From an uncultured Desulfopila sp. (GTDB lineage: Bacteria > Desulfobacterota > Desulfobulbia > Desulfobulbales > Desulfocapsaceae), in the NCBI GenBank assembly GCA_964594945.1, contig CAZQOD010000001.1:1-61285 (forward strand): a DNA stretch of 61,285 nt, in the 5' to 3' direction. This document shows positions 19,953 through 30,736 of the stretch, piece after piece. Every line of letters starts with the position of its first letter. Position 1 is the stretch's first letter. Below the pieces are notes generated by a model. The model was not told the DNA's origin. It searched no databases and saw only the letters and a list, made by a program, of their open reading frames with translations. The translations under genes and the position numbers were made by a program.

Positions 19953-20894
19953 TTAATCCTCCTCCACGATCCGCTTTTTAATCGGTCGCAGTTGCCCGTG
20001 GGCTCCTGAAAATCTCAATATTGAACGGCGGTCAATAACCGATTTATAATCAATACCGTTACTTGCCAAGGCATTCATCATATCAAGCAACTGGTTGCCG
20101 TCTTTACGAACCGGACCAAAACAGCCCCTGCAGGGAACCCGGGCACCTATGCAACTCGGCGTACCCTCCTTGGCACACCCTGCGGCTGTTACCGGACCCA
20201 TGCATAAATAACCCTGTTCAAGAAGACAGCGCATTTCATCGACTGGTGCGCCCGGCTTAAAATCCACGTTGGTTATAAAACGTTTAACCTCTTTTACATC
20301 ACCCTTGCCCTCCCTGCGGGTGGGACAGGTATCACAGACGCTCTTACCGGGCAAGACCGGATCCCTATTTTCCAAAAGAGAAAAAATGACCTCGGCAATC
20401 AAGGCGGGATTTGGCGGACAGCCGGGCAACTGCATATCTATCTTGACTTTTTCATCACAGGCATAGACACGATCAAGGGGTGCCGGTACTTCAATATTCG
20501 GCACCTTTGCCCCGGGATCGGTACTGATTGTCTGATAAATTTCTTCCCAGCTCTGTTGCCGATCCTGTCCATTCATCAGGGCCGGTATACCTCCGTGGGT
20601 CGCACAGGTACCAAGGGCGATCAAGACCTTGCATTTTTCCCGCATGGCCTCCAACACCTCAAGATGTTCGTGATTGGACACTCCGCCGGTCACAATACCG
20701 ACAACCGCCTCGGGGATTTCAAGGGTTATACCCTCGCCACATTGACCAAAATATTTATGATCCATCAGCACCGGTGCATGGACAATATCCAGGGCCTCTG
20801 AAATAATCGGAATAAGGTCTTCACCAATGTTCAGAATGGCAATTTCGCATCCCGAACATGATCCCAACCATTCCATAGCGGTAGTTACACCCAT
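19953..20894 (-). CDS. mvhG: F420-non-reducing hydrogenase small subunit
   Basis: CSGC, GTCATHGG, PGCPP, SVCDTC, CLLEQGYLCMGPVT, CRGCFG. Start at ATG 20894 (AAGGAGG RBS). Confidence 0.93.
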   Translation of the reverse strand: MGVTTAMEWLGSCSGCEIAILNIGEDLIPIISEALDIVHAPVLMDHKYFGQCGEGITLEIPEAVVGIVTGGVSNHEHLEVLEAMREKCKVLIALGTCATHGGIPALMNGQDRQQSWEEIYQTISTDPGAKVPNIEVPAPLDRVYACDEKVKIDMQLPGCPPNPALIAEVIFSLLENRDPVLPGKSVCDTCPTRREGKGDVKEVKRFITNVDFKPGAPVDEMRCLLEQGYLCMGPVTAAGCAKEGTPSCIGARVPCRGCFGPVRKDGNQLLDMMNALASNGIDYKSVIDRRSILRFSGAHGQLRPIKKRIVEED

Positions 20895-20904
20895 ATCTTC
20901 CTCC

Positions 20905-21324
20905 TTATGCCACTGGGGCATCCTGACTGTTTACAGGCCCTAACTGCTTAATACGCGCAGTCATCTCCGTTACCGCTTCAACGAATTTATCCGGCTCGGC
21001 AGAAGAAACCCATGTCAAATTGAAACGCTGGGGTTCGTAGCCGAAGTCTTCCAGCAACTCAACAACCATATCGGAACGGGTCATCGCTTTATAATTACCA
21101 TCCAGGTAATGACATTCACCGAGGTGTCAGCCAAGTACCATCACCCCGTCCGCTCCCTGGGATAACGCATCCATTATAAATTCCGGATGAACCATACCTG
21201 AACACATTACCCTTATTATCCGCACATTATGCGGATACTGCATCCTGGCAGTTCCCGCTAGATCAGCTGCGGCATAGGAGCACCAGTTGCAACAAAATGC
21301 TACAATTTTAGGCTCAAAACTCAT
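20905..21324 (-). CDS. mvhD: Hydrogenase [2Fe-2S] subunit MvhD, Sec66
   Basis: [18 protein letters not shown], then G-U-HLGECHY (TGA 21129-21127), WVSSAE; frame open to TAA 20905. Confidence 0.93.
21094..21110 (-). promoter_or_regulatory. SECIS-like hairpin (mvhD)
   Basis: ATTACC-TGGAT-GGTAAT starting 16 nt after the TGA. Confidence 0.78.
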
Positions 21325-21357
21325 GTGATCCACTCCTTAATACATTAAAAATTCATC

Positions 21358-21418
21358 TCGAAAACCCACTCCTGACCGACAAAGGAGAACATGTAAGCAG
21401 CCGGGAGCGGTTTTCCGA
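21358..21418. repeat. Imperfect intergenic inverted repeat between hdrA and mvhD
   Basis: TCGAAAACCCACTCCTG ... CCGGGAGCGGTTTTCCGA. Confidence 0.4.
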
Positions 21419-21571
21419 TTTCAATTATCACTTAAATATTGCACACAGAAAACAGTGTAAAAATATTCCCTATGAATTCAGCGTGTTGTTCATCAATCAC
21501 AGAACAATACCATTTACAATTTCCATAAGTAATTTTTTTCATTTTCCACGCCCTTCGGAATCATAAAATCG

Positions 21572-24500
21572 TCAAACGGCCAATGCCGCCTGAACTTGGG
21601 CACTGATCTGTTTCATGGTGAATCCGGCCACGTAGACACCACGTTTGGGGCATGTTCCCTGGCAGAGGCCGCATCCCTTACACTGGGCCTTATTAACAAC
21701 AATAACCTTACCTTCTCCCTCTGTTCTGTCAATCAAGGTAATGGCATGATATGGACAGACATCCACACAAAGAGCGCAGCCGTCACAGTTTGCATCATCA
21801 ACCGTCGCCTTCACAGCATCAAGGCAGATAGACGTTTTAGACAGCAGAGTTGCCGCCCGGGAAGATGCAGCAAGGGCCTGGGCCACCGACTCTTCTATCG
21901 GTTTCGGATAGTGGGCAAGTCCCGCCACAAACATACCGTCGGTGGAAAAATCGACGGGGCGTAATTTGGCATGGGCCTCCTGAAAAAATCCGTGGCCATC
22001 AACGGGCACTTTATATAATTTACCCAGGTCGGTTGCATCTTCTTTGGGTCTGATCGCCGTGGCCAGGATCACCATGTCAGCCGCTATTTTAAGTGGTTTA
22101 TGGAGAACATGATCCCATACCTCCACATCTATCACCCCGCCGTTTTCCGTTACCTTCGGCTTACCGTGCAATTCGTAATTTATGAAAATAACACCAAGCT
22201 GCCTTGCCTCTTTATACAAGGCCTCACGTTGGGCGTAGGTACGCATATCCCTGTAGAGGATATAGACGCTGCGTTCGGGGTTTTCTTTTTTCAAGGCAAT
22301 AGCCGACTGCACCGAATGGGTACAACATACCTTTGAACAGTACATGGCATCGCCCTCACGGGAACCGACACATTGGATAAAGACAAAATTTTTCGATTGC
22401 TTGACATGTTTTTCCTTTAACTCAAAAAGCTTGTCAAACTGCACGGAGGTGACCACCTTGGTTATGGAGTCATAATTATACTCCCTGGGCACGAGGGCAT
22501 CACCACCGGTGGCAATAATTCCGGCACCGTGTTCAACCACCAATTTTGTCCCATCCTTTGCGGTTACAGTGGAACGAAAATTACCCACAAAACCTTCCAC
22601 ATGGGTAACACTACTCTCCATATGGATAATAATCTTCTCCTCTCCGCGCACCATTTCAATGAGTTTTGCCACCTGGGTCAATACATGTTCACCGGACCAG
22701 GTATGTTTCAGATTCATTGCATTACCGCCGAGAACCGCCGATCTTTCCACCAGATGTACCTCAAAACCCTGCCGGGCAAGGTTAAGGGCCGACGTCATCC
22801 CGGCGACGCCGCCACCGATAACCAACCCCTTCTGGGTGATTGAAACATCGATCGGTTTCAGGGAATCACCGTAGGTAACCTTGGCCGCAGCCATACGGAC
22901 AAGATCCTTGGCCTTGGCGGTTGCCATTTCGGGTTCTCCACCGTGAACCCAAGAATCGTGGTTTCTGATATTAGCCATCTCCACCAGATACTCGTTTAGC
23001 CCCGCAGCCTTCAAAGTTTCCCGAAAAAGCGGTTCATGTGTTCTTGGCGTACAGGCCGCGACAACGATTCGATTCAAGTTCTGCTCCTGAATTCGTTTTG
23101 CTATCATATCCTGAGTATCCTGGGAGCAGGAGAAGAGATTACGCTCAACATAGACCACGTCCGGCAAGGTCGCCGCATACTCCTCCACTGCTTCGACATC
23201 AACCACCCCGGCAATATTGGAGCCGCAATGGCAGACAAATACCCCTATCCTCGGGTCTTCCTTTGAAACATCCTTTTCCTTGGGAAATGTTGGCTCACCG
23301 GTCAATTCAAAGCGGCTCGGCGCCAGAAGATCGGAAACCGCAGCCGCAGCGGCAGAACCCTCCACCACGGACTGGGGGATATCCTTGGGCCCGGCAATCG
23401 CCCCGCAGGTAAAAATCCCCTGTCGCGAGGTCTGCACCGGTGCGAAATCTGAGGTGGCTGTGAAGTTATCTGCGGTCAGTTTTATATCGGCTGTCCCGGC
23501 GAGTTCCAACACATGCTTGGGCGTCTGCAAACCGACGGACAGGACCACCATATCATAAAATTCTTCTATCTGACGACCCTCTTCATTTACATAACTCAGT
23601 CGCAGGTCGCCGCCGACTCCATCCGTCTCCACACCGTTGACACGACACCTGACAAAACGCACGCCCGAATCCTCCTTGGCACGCTCAAGGTACTGGTCAA
23701 ACTCCTTGCCGTGGGTACGCATATCCATATAAAAAATGGTGGTCTGCAAACCGGGCACATGGTCTTTTGCAATCACCGCCTCTTTGATGGCATACATGCA
23801 GCAAACCGAAGAACAGTAACCATTGCCACAGAGGTTTTCATCACGGGAACCGATACACTGCAGAAAGGCAACCTTACGGGCGGGCTTACCATCGGACGGA
23901 CGGACAAGATGTCCTTCAGTTGGGCCCGACGCGGACAAATATCTTTCAAGTTGCAGGGAGGTTATCACATTGGCATTCACACCATAACCCCAAACTCCGG
24001 CATCCGTCGGGTCGTAAGCCTCGAAACCGGGCGCCAATACCACCGCCCCCACACTCACCAGGTGATTTTTTACCGTATCATCAAAATTTATGGCCCCGGC
24101 GTCACATACCTTCTCGCAGAAACCACATGCCCCCGGTTTTTTCAAACGGATACAGGAATCTGGATCAATCTGATATTTAAGGGGAACTGCCTGGGCATAT
24201 TTTACATAGATTGCCTTACGCTTTCCGGTTGCGGCATCGTACTCGCTATCCACCTTCTTCGGACATTTTTCAGTACACGCTCCGCAGGCAATGCATTTAT
24301 CCACATCAACATAGCGAGGGGATTCTTTCACCGTTACGGTAAAATCCCCGGCTACTCCCTCAATTGAAGTGACTTCACTGAGGGTCATCAACTGTATATT
24401 CAAGTGCCGACCGCACTCAACCAATTTAGGCGCGATTATTCACATCGAGCAATCATTGGTAGGGAAGGTCTTATCCAGCTGGGCCATGGCACCACCAATG

Positions 24501-24622
24501 GCACCCGACTTCTCAACCAGGTATACATAATACCCAGAATCCGCCAGATCCAAGGCCGCCTGCATCCCTGTGACTCCACCTCCCACAATCATTACCGACC
24601 CAACTTTCTTTGTGTCCAGCAT
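21572..24622 (-). CDS. hdrA: Large heterodisulfide reductase subunit A (two FAD-binding modules), Sec61
   Basis: Joins track ORFs 24440..24700 and 21572..24424 through [19 protein letters not shown]. Contains GGGVTG and GGGVAG, two QCxGSR motifs and ferredoxin motifs; start ATG 24622 with GAGGAG; 1016 aa. Confidence 0.93.
24402..24418 (-). promoter_or_regulatory. SECIS-like hairpin (hdrA)
   Basis: GAGTGC-GGTCG-GCACTT starting 21 nt after the TGA. Confidence 0.7.
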
Positions 24623-24749
24623 GACAGGTGTCTCCTCTCGTTTATTACTATCTGCATTCCAGCCGACGATTATCGGTGGAAGGCGTATTATCATTTGCAC
24701 CGTCGCCCGCGTCCATCGGCAACGGTATCTCCATTTTTGACCTGTACCG

Positions 24750-26195
24750 TTATCTTTTCGGTAGGATGAGGGAATCGGCTACAAGTTCCCATAGATATTT
24801 GACCTCGATTCCCAGGTCATATTCCTTATTCAGGGATTTCATAATCTGATCCCTGCAATTATGACAGGGAGCCACCACCAACTTGGCCCCCGACTCGGTA
24901 ATCTGCCTGGCCTTGGTGCGACCGTAAAAAACACGCTCATCCGCATAGGGCATGGCCCAGGCTCCACCGCCCGCGCCACAGCAATAGGCACCATTACGAT
25001 TAGGGTTCAGTTCCCGAACATCGTCACAACAGGCCCTGGTCACGGCCCGACCCTCTTCAAAGTAGGCCTTACCAAAAGCCTTAAGGGATTTACGCCCATA
25101 ATTACAGGGGTCGTGATAGGCCACGGGCAGCGAATGAACAGATTTATCGAGCTGTACCCTGCCTTCTTCTATGTATTCGAGCAACAGATCAAAAACCGTT
25201 ACAATTTTAAATTCCTTGAGTGCTTCCGGATACCACTTGTTCAACCCGGACCGGGTTGCAAAATAGGCGTGGCCTCACTCGGGTAGGAGGAGAACCTTGC
25301 AGTTCAGCCTCCGCATGTTTTCAACGATGCGGCCGACAACAGTTTTCATCGATTCATCATCACCGGAAAAAAGTCCCCAGTTCACACCCTCCCAGTTCTC
25401 GGATGAGATCGTCCACGACTCGCCGACGGTGTGAAAAATTTTCCACCACCATTTCATATCATCGGGTTCGCCGAACGGCTCTTTGGAATTAACGGTCACC
25501 AGAACCCTGGCCCCCCGCACATCGATGGGAGTTTTAAAACCGGGGCATGTCTCCTCGGCAAGTTCTTCCCCTAACTCTTCGCACAGATAAACAAAATCGT
25601 CCTTTGGGATACCGAGGTTATTACCCCGCTCAAGGCACATGGTGACCCCTTTATGGATCGGGCCGGGCACCTCACTGCGCTTCCGCGCCCCTCTTATCTT
25701 ACGCATCAGGGCGATTATCTGAATATTGGCGGGACAAGACTCTTCACACTTACCGCACATCGTGCACTTCCACGGCCAGGAGGATTCAATTAACTCCTTA
25801 TCCATACCGAGCACGGCCATGCGTACTATTTTGCGGGGATCAAGACCATTCACCCCAGATATGGGACAGGCACCGGCACAGGTACCGCAGGTCAGACAGG
25901 CATCGGCCCAGGCGGGATCCTCGGTCAGAAGACTTCGCTTACCCGTTACTTCCAGCGGCGTCTCATCTGTTTCTTCAAGAGCGCCAAGTTCCTGGGGATT
26001 TACATGATTACTGGGATGAACATGGGGTTCACGTCCAAATTTTTCGCAGAGTTTCTGGTAATCATGAAACTTCATAAGGTATTTGCGACCGGGTCCTTCC
26101 TTGGCGGGAAGGGTACCGGCATTAATCCAGTTCCTTATGGTGTTTCGATGAACGCCAAATTCTTCTGCTATCTGGCTAACTTTAAATTCATACAT
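24750..26195 (-). CDS. HTH_17 (excisionase-like) domain fused to HdrD-like 2x[4Fe-4S]/CCG protein, Sec307
   Basis: N-terminal [19 protein letters not shown]; [11 protein letters not shown]; [11 protein letters not shown]; LLPE-U-GHAY (TGA 25277-25275); YHDPC; CCGAGGG; PCHNC; 481 aa. Confidence 0.9.
25242..25258 (-). promoter_or_regulatory. SECIS-like hairpin (HTH-hdrD)
   Basis: CAACCC-GGTCC-GGGTTG starting 16 nt after the TGA. Confidence 0.78.
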
Positions 26196-26259
26196 CAAAG
26201 GTCACCTCTTGTAATAACGGAAAAATAATTTACAGCAGTCCTTACTAACAACTATTGAT

Positions 26260-26303
26260 AACAAGATATCGGCACATACTTTCATAGGGGCTGATATCTT
26301 GTT
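26260..26303. promoter_or_regulatory. 14-bp inverted repeat upstream of HTH-hdrD (operator or terminator)
   Basis: AACAAGATATCGGC-N16-GCTGATATCTTGTT, 13/14 match. Confidence 0.5.
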
Positions 26304-26327
26304 CAAATGGCCCTTACCCATTATCCG

Positions 26328-26828
26328 CTAATCGGAACGGGATGTTAAAGATAAGAGTTGTGCCACCTCTCCACAGGCCCTGGTCACGGCTTCCGCCATG
26401 GCCGGTGATAATCCCGGAGAAATTTCCTTGGGAATATGCTCAACCTGAGCAGCGATAATCACAACCTTGATACCAGTATTATCTTCAAGCTCTTTAAGAA
26501 GATTTACGGTGGGAAACTGGTGGAGAGAAAAATCGTGTATCTTTTTGGCGGGGATCTCATCGGGATTTATATGAAAAACCTCCCCGAAATCACGCCCAGG
26601 AAAATCCACCGCATCGAGAATAATGATCCTCTCGGGCCTGCCCTCTTCCATGAGAAGATAATCAAAGAGATATTCACGAACACACGTCCCGACATCAACC
26701 GCCTCTACATCGGCGGGGATCTCGTAACGAGCATTTAACTCGTCAACAACGGCGGGTCCATAACCATCATCACCCATAATGACGTTACCGCAGCCAAAAA
26801 TCATTGTCGGATATTTACTTGGTCGCAT
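26328..26828 (-). CDS. Hydrogenase maturation protease (FrhD/HyaD family)
   Basis: GCGNVIMGDDGYG, DVGT, ILDAVD, SLHQ, GLSP. Start set at ATG 26828. Confidence 0.92.
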   Translation of the reverse strand: MRPSKYPTMIFGCGNVIMGDDGYGPAVVDELNARYEIPADVEAVDVGTCVREYLFDYLLMEEGRPERIIILDAVDFPGRDFGEVFHINPDEIPAKKIHDFSLHQFPTVNLLKELEDNTGIKVVIIAAQVEHIPKEISPGLSPAMAEAVTRACGEVAQLLSLTSRSD

Positions 26829-27160
26829 TGTGCAAACAGTGCCTCTCTTTTTAAATTTGACGGAAAGTAACACCCTTGCGCGGGAAGTGCAAGCCGGTTT
26901 TTGATTTTCAGCGGGGCTGTTAGACCATGCTACCGAAAATATTATAATAATATACACACTTTTCTTTATAATTTACTGCAGAACTTTCGATGAAGGGGTT
27001 TTTTCAGGGAGAAAGGGGCTGTTTTAAAGCAGGTGGATTGGCCCGACTTGTACAGATTGCACAAGCAGCTGTGAAAACAAGAGAGACGAAGAAGCAATGG
27101 AAAAAATCAAGGTCCGGCGGTGTCCCCCGGAAAATGGTGATTTTACCCAGATCCGAGCTG

Positions 27161-28174
27161 TTAATAACCCCGTGGATTATCCTTCTGCCAACGCCAGGTA
27201 TCCTTGCACATTTGCTCCAGGTCATATTGCGCCTTCCAGCCCAATTCTTTCAGGGCCTTACTTGGATCACCATAGCAGGTCGCAATATCCCCCGCTCTCC
27301 GTGCCGCTATACGATAGGAAATTTCCCTACCACAAGCCTTGGAAAAAGCGGCAACCATCTCCAACACGCTGTACCCTTGTCCCGTCCCCAGGTTATAGAC
27401 GTTGACCCCCGAGTTCGGCCGCAAGGCGGCAAGTGCTTTCACATGGCCCCTGGCCAGATCAACCACGTGGATATAATCCCTTACGCCGGTGCCGTCATCG
27501 GTATCATAATCATCACCGAATACAGAAAGCTCTTTTAATTTACCCACCGCAACCTGGGCAATATATGGCATTAAATTATTGGGGATGCCGTCGGGGTCTT
27601 CTCCGATTCTGCCACTGGGATGGGCGCCCACCGGATTAAAATAACGGAGCAGGCAGACATTCCAGTCATTATCGGCGGTATATATATCCCGCAACATCTC
27701 TTCAATAAACAGTTTATTGCGCCCATAGGGACTGGCGCAGGACAGGGGAAAATCTTCGCTAATGGGAACGGTGGCCGGATCGCCGTAAACGGTGGCTGAA
27801 GAACTAAAAATTATATTTTTCAAGCCATGGGCAGCCATTACCTCACATAGCACCACGGTGCCGACAATATTGTTATGGTAGTAAAGAAGCGGCTTGGCAA
27901 CCGACTCCCCGACCGCTTTTTTACCGGCAAAATGGATCACCGCATCTAAGGAATCCCCGCATTCAGCAAATAGTTGTGACAGTCCCTGGGAGTCGGTTAC
28001 ATCGATCTTAAAAAAACTGATTTTTCTCCCCGTTAACTCTTCAACACGCCGCAGTGACTCCCTGCTTGAGTTGGAAAGATTATCAACCACCGTAACGCTA
28101 TGACCGAGATTGAGCAGTTCAAGACAGACATGACTGCCGATATACCCCGCCCCCCCCGTAATCAGAATATGCAC
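27161..28174 (-). CDS. galE: UDP-glucose 4-epimerase
   Basis: [48 protein letters not shown]. Confidence 0.97.
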   Translation of the reverse strand: MHILITGGAGYIGSHVCLELLNLGHSVTVVDNLSNSSRESLRRVEELTGRKISFFKIDVTDSQGLSQLFAECGDSLDAVIHFAGKKAVGESVAKPLLYYHNNIVGTVVLCEVMAAHGLKNIIFSSSATVYGDPATVPISEDFPLSCASPYGRNKLFIEEMLRDIYTADNDWNVCLLRYFNPVGAHPSGRIGEDPDGIPNNLMPYIAQVAVGKLKELSVFGDDYDTDDGTGVRDYIHVVDLARGHVKALAALRPNSGVNVYNLGTGQGYSVLEMVAAFSKACGREISYRIAARRAGDIATCYGDPSKALKELGWKAQYDLEQMCKDTWRWQKDNPRGY

Positions 28175-28262
28175 CTTTTTAGACCTCCAAACCTTATCTC
28201 ACCCTAATCCTTCGCCAGGGAAGTAAAAGAGATATGTTATCTTAACTTTATTTAAATTTAAT

Positions 28263-28377
28263 TAATGCCTTACTCCGTAAAAGCTGTAATAAAAAACAAG
28301 AAATAATAGACCATAAAAACCCGGATGCTGGTAACAACAAGGCATTTATACCGGCTTACCGGTCATTTGCGGTGTTA
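28263..28377 (-). mobile_element. MITE-like dispersed repeat, family 1, copy A
   Basis: Near-identical to 40657..40775 and to the inverse of 50654..50771; TA-flanked with short ACRCC-like terminal repeats. Confidence 0.8.
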
Positions 28378-28425
28378 ATATATTAACAACTTTTCCCATA
28401 ATACCCACCCTTCCCAAAAAACGGG

Positions 28426-29247
28426 CTAAAAGAGTGAGCGAACAAATTTTGCATCCGCGGGAATTCGCTTTACCCTTCTGGCCGAGGCCACCGCAAAACG
28501 AACAAGCTCGGCATTGTCACGGGCCACAAGACCGTCGGCCAGTTGAATATTATTTTCAAACCCCACCCGCGCATGTCCGCCCAGTGATGCGGCCCCGGCA
28601 ACTGCCGAATGTTCTTCCCGACCAAAGGCACAGACCATCCAGGGGCAAGAACTTTTTAATTGTGCCAGATAGGCGGAAATATCTCCGGCGCCTGTAACAG
28701 GCTCCATCCTGCTGCCAAGAACAAAAAGCAGCATATGATTATCAGCGCCGATAACTCCTTCAGCGCGCAAGGTTTCATACCACTGTACATCCGGGGGACT
28801 ATATATAATAAATTGAACCAGCGCCCCCGTTTTCCCCAGCTGAGTAAAAAATTTATACCCCCTGTCAAAACTGCGTCTGTCGGGGATAAATTCACGCAGC
28901 CCGCAGGAAAGACAATGGGGCGCCAACTCTTTCATCAGCCCGATCTGCTGTGCCGCCGTATACAGACCGGCGGACTCCGAAGACACCTGCAAAAGCATAT
29001 CCCCACCGACGGCCCGCTCAAGTTCCCTTAACGCCTTTTGATACAGGCCGGGGTCAAGGGTGTGGATCCCGTCCGCATCCCTCACGTGAAAATGCATCAT
29101 TGCGGCCCCCGCTTCCCTGCAGGCAAGCGCGGTTGCGACCAACTCCCGGACCGTTAACGGCACCTCACTATGATCCGCCTTTCCTCTTCTGGCACCGTTG
29201 GGAGCAACACAAATAACCATCGGAGAAAAATCGACGATATTACCCAT
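28426..29247 (-). CDS. Beta-keto acid cleavage enzyme (BKACE/DUF849)
   Basis: ICVAPNGAR, AGAAMMHFHVRD, GGHARVGFENN, DNAELV. Confidence 0.92.
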   Translation of the reverse strand: MGNIVDFSPMVICVAPNGARRGKADHSEVPLTVRELVATALACREAGAAMMHFHVRDADGIHTLDPGLYQKALRELERAVGGDMLLQVSSESAGLYTAAQQIGLMKELAPHCLSCGLREFIPDRRSFDRGYKFFTQLGKTGALVQFIIYSPPDVQWYETLRAEGVIGADNHMLLFVLGSRMEPVTGAGDISAYLAQLKSSCPWMVCAFGREEHSAVAGAASLGGHARVGFENNIQLADGLVARDNAELVRFAVASARRVKRIPADAKFVRSLF

Positions 29248-30202
29248 CTCCGGCAACAACCCCCATTGCGATACCGATCTCGGGCGTCACTGCATAAAAC
29301 CGCACCACAGGCTTTTCTCCACCCGCCGCTCTATGGGCGGCGGCGGCACAAATCCATGTGTGTAACTCCATGGCCCCGATTCCAGCCTCCGCCACCAGTC
29401 GATTTTGATCCCAAGCGTCATATGCCTCAAGTCTGTTTCCCGTCAAGATCTCTAGGAACCTGCGGTCAACATCCGCATTGAGGTGCATTTGTTGCGCCGT
29501 CCTTTCCCCCCGCGCTATCATCTCTGCACCTTCGTGGTGCATATCGTGCAGACGTTTAAGCCACTGCTCTTTTGAAAGAGAATCGGCATCCTCACCACCT
29601 GAAAGCTGCCAGGCGGTCACAGCCCGCTCGCCTTCACCGAAAACCGGATAGTAACGGGTGGGATGATGGGACATGCCGCCCGAGGCCAGGAACAGTACAC
29701 GTTTACCAAGGGTGCCACTGAGACGACCGACCGCCTCTCCCAGCAGACGTGATCTCGAAAACGATACAAAGGGTGTTGTGATGCAATTAATAAAGATCGG
29801 AATGACCGGGCGGGCCGAGACACCACCCAACATAATATGCAGGGTCTGGGAAAAGGCGTGGTCAACGATCATTTTATAGGAAACCGCCGTGTCAATATTA
29901 CTTTCGCGAAGGGCGGCGACAAGTGTTGCGGCAATTTCGCCGGGTACGTCAAGATCACCGGGAAAACCGCCGATATCATCTATTGCTTCAGCCTGAAGTC
30001 CCACGCAGAAAGACGGCATCATTTTTAAGAAAAAACCGTTAAAATGGTCGGAGCCGAAGGCAATAACAATATCGGGATCAAAATGAGTGATGGCTTCTGA
30101 TTCTTCGGCAAAAACCCGCTGCAGTGCAGCCCAGTCGGCGGGCTCTTTTTTATAACAGTACAGTAAAGGACTATGTGAGGCGCAAATCAGTCTGGTTGTC
30201 AT
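29240..30202 (-). CDS. mhpB: MhpB/LigB-type extradiol ring-cleavage dioxygenase
   Basis: CASHSPLL, DHFNGFF, VDHAFSQ, PIFIN, SGGMSHHP, ELHTW. Confidence 0.85.
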   Translation of the reverse strand: MTTRLICASHSPLLYCYKKEPADWAALQRVFAEESEAITHFDPDIVIAFGSDHFNGFFLKMMPSFCVGLQAEAIDDIGGFPGDLDVPGEIAATLVAALRESNIDTAVSYKMIVDHAFSQTLHIMLGGVSARPVIPIFINCITTPFVSFSRSRLLGEAVGRLSGTLGKRVLFLASGGMSHHPTRYYPVFGEGERAVTAWQLSGGEDADSLSKEQWLKRLHDMHHEGAEMIARGERTAQQMHLNADVDRRFLEILTGNRLEAYDAWDQNRLVAEAGIGAMELHTWICAAAAHRAAGGEKPVVRFYAVTPEIGIAMGVVAGDG

Positions 30203-30271
30203 TATATCCGTCCTCTTTTGCTGGAGTAAACTTTATCTTAGCTTGCATGCACAACATATGAAAAATCTTCA

Positions 30272-30736
30272 TCACGACAAACCAACAGGCCCGACATTAT
30301 CGGCCGCCACAAAAATTCTTTCGATATGCCTGTTACAAATCCGCCATATTCCATCTATGTCCCGCAAATACTCATCATGAAAATCAGCCACCAGAAAGGG
30401 CATTGCCGGTACAATGGGCGGTGGGCCTTCCGCCGCAAAAGTCAAACAGAAGCTCGTGCCGAACGCCCTCTCTGTATCTTGGATGGTTAACCGTAACGCG
30501 GTCTGCAAATGCCTTGACGTACGTGGGCCCGCGGCCAGTCGGCGGGTAAAGAGGTTTCGCAATTCATCCCTGCCGCAACTAACCCTGTCACCGTGACTGT
30601 AAACAACATCTTCCGTAAATATTTGCACCAGATCTTCAATCTTGCCCAGATCGAGAAAATGACAGAAAGCACCATTTAAATCAACCAGGGCAAGTTTTGC
30701 CTCAATAAGTTCCAGTCGAGTCAAGCCAGTCTCCAT
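30272..30736 (-). CDS. SnoaL/NTF2-like protein
   Basis: FCHFLD...FTED...SRH...FHDEY...WRI pattern. Confidence 0.85.
   Translation of the reverse strand: METGLTRLELIEAKLALVDLNGAFCHFLDLGKIEDLVQIFTEDVVYSHGDRVSCGRDELRNLFTRRLAAGPRTSRHLQTALRLTIQDTERAFGTSFCLTFAAEGPPPIVPAMPFLVADFHDEYLRDIDGIWRICNRHIERIFVAADNVGPVGLS

Noticed and set aside
23513-24367. 284-aa plus-strand ORF
   Set aside because: Antisense shadow of hdrA with no recognisable motifs.
18599-25277. Four in-frame TGA stops read as pseudogenisation of the hdr/mvh operon
   Set aside because: Each falls on a conserved Cys position, the frame continues with family motifs and a SECIS-like hairpin follows; selenocysteine explains all four better.
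26030-26195. Excisionase-like HTH as a sign of a prophage or integrative element
   Set aside because: It is fused in frame to the Fe-S protein; no integrase, att site or phage genes were seen.
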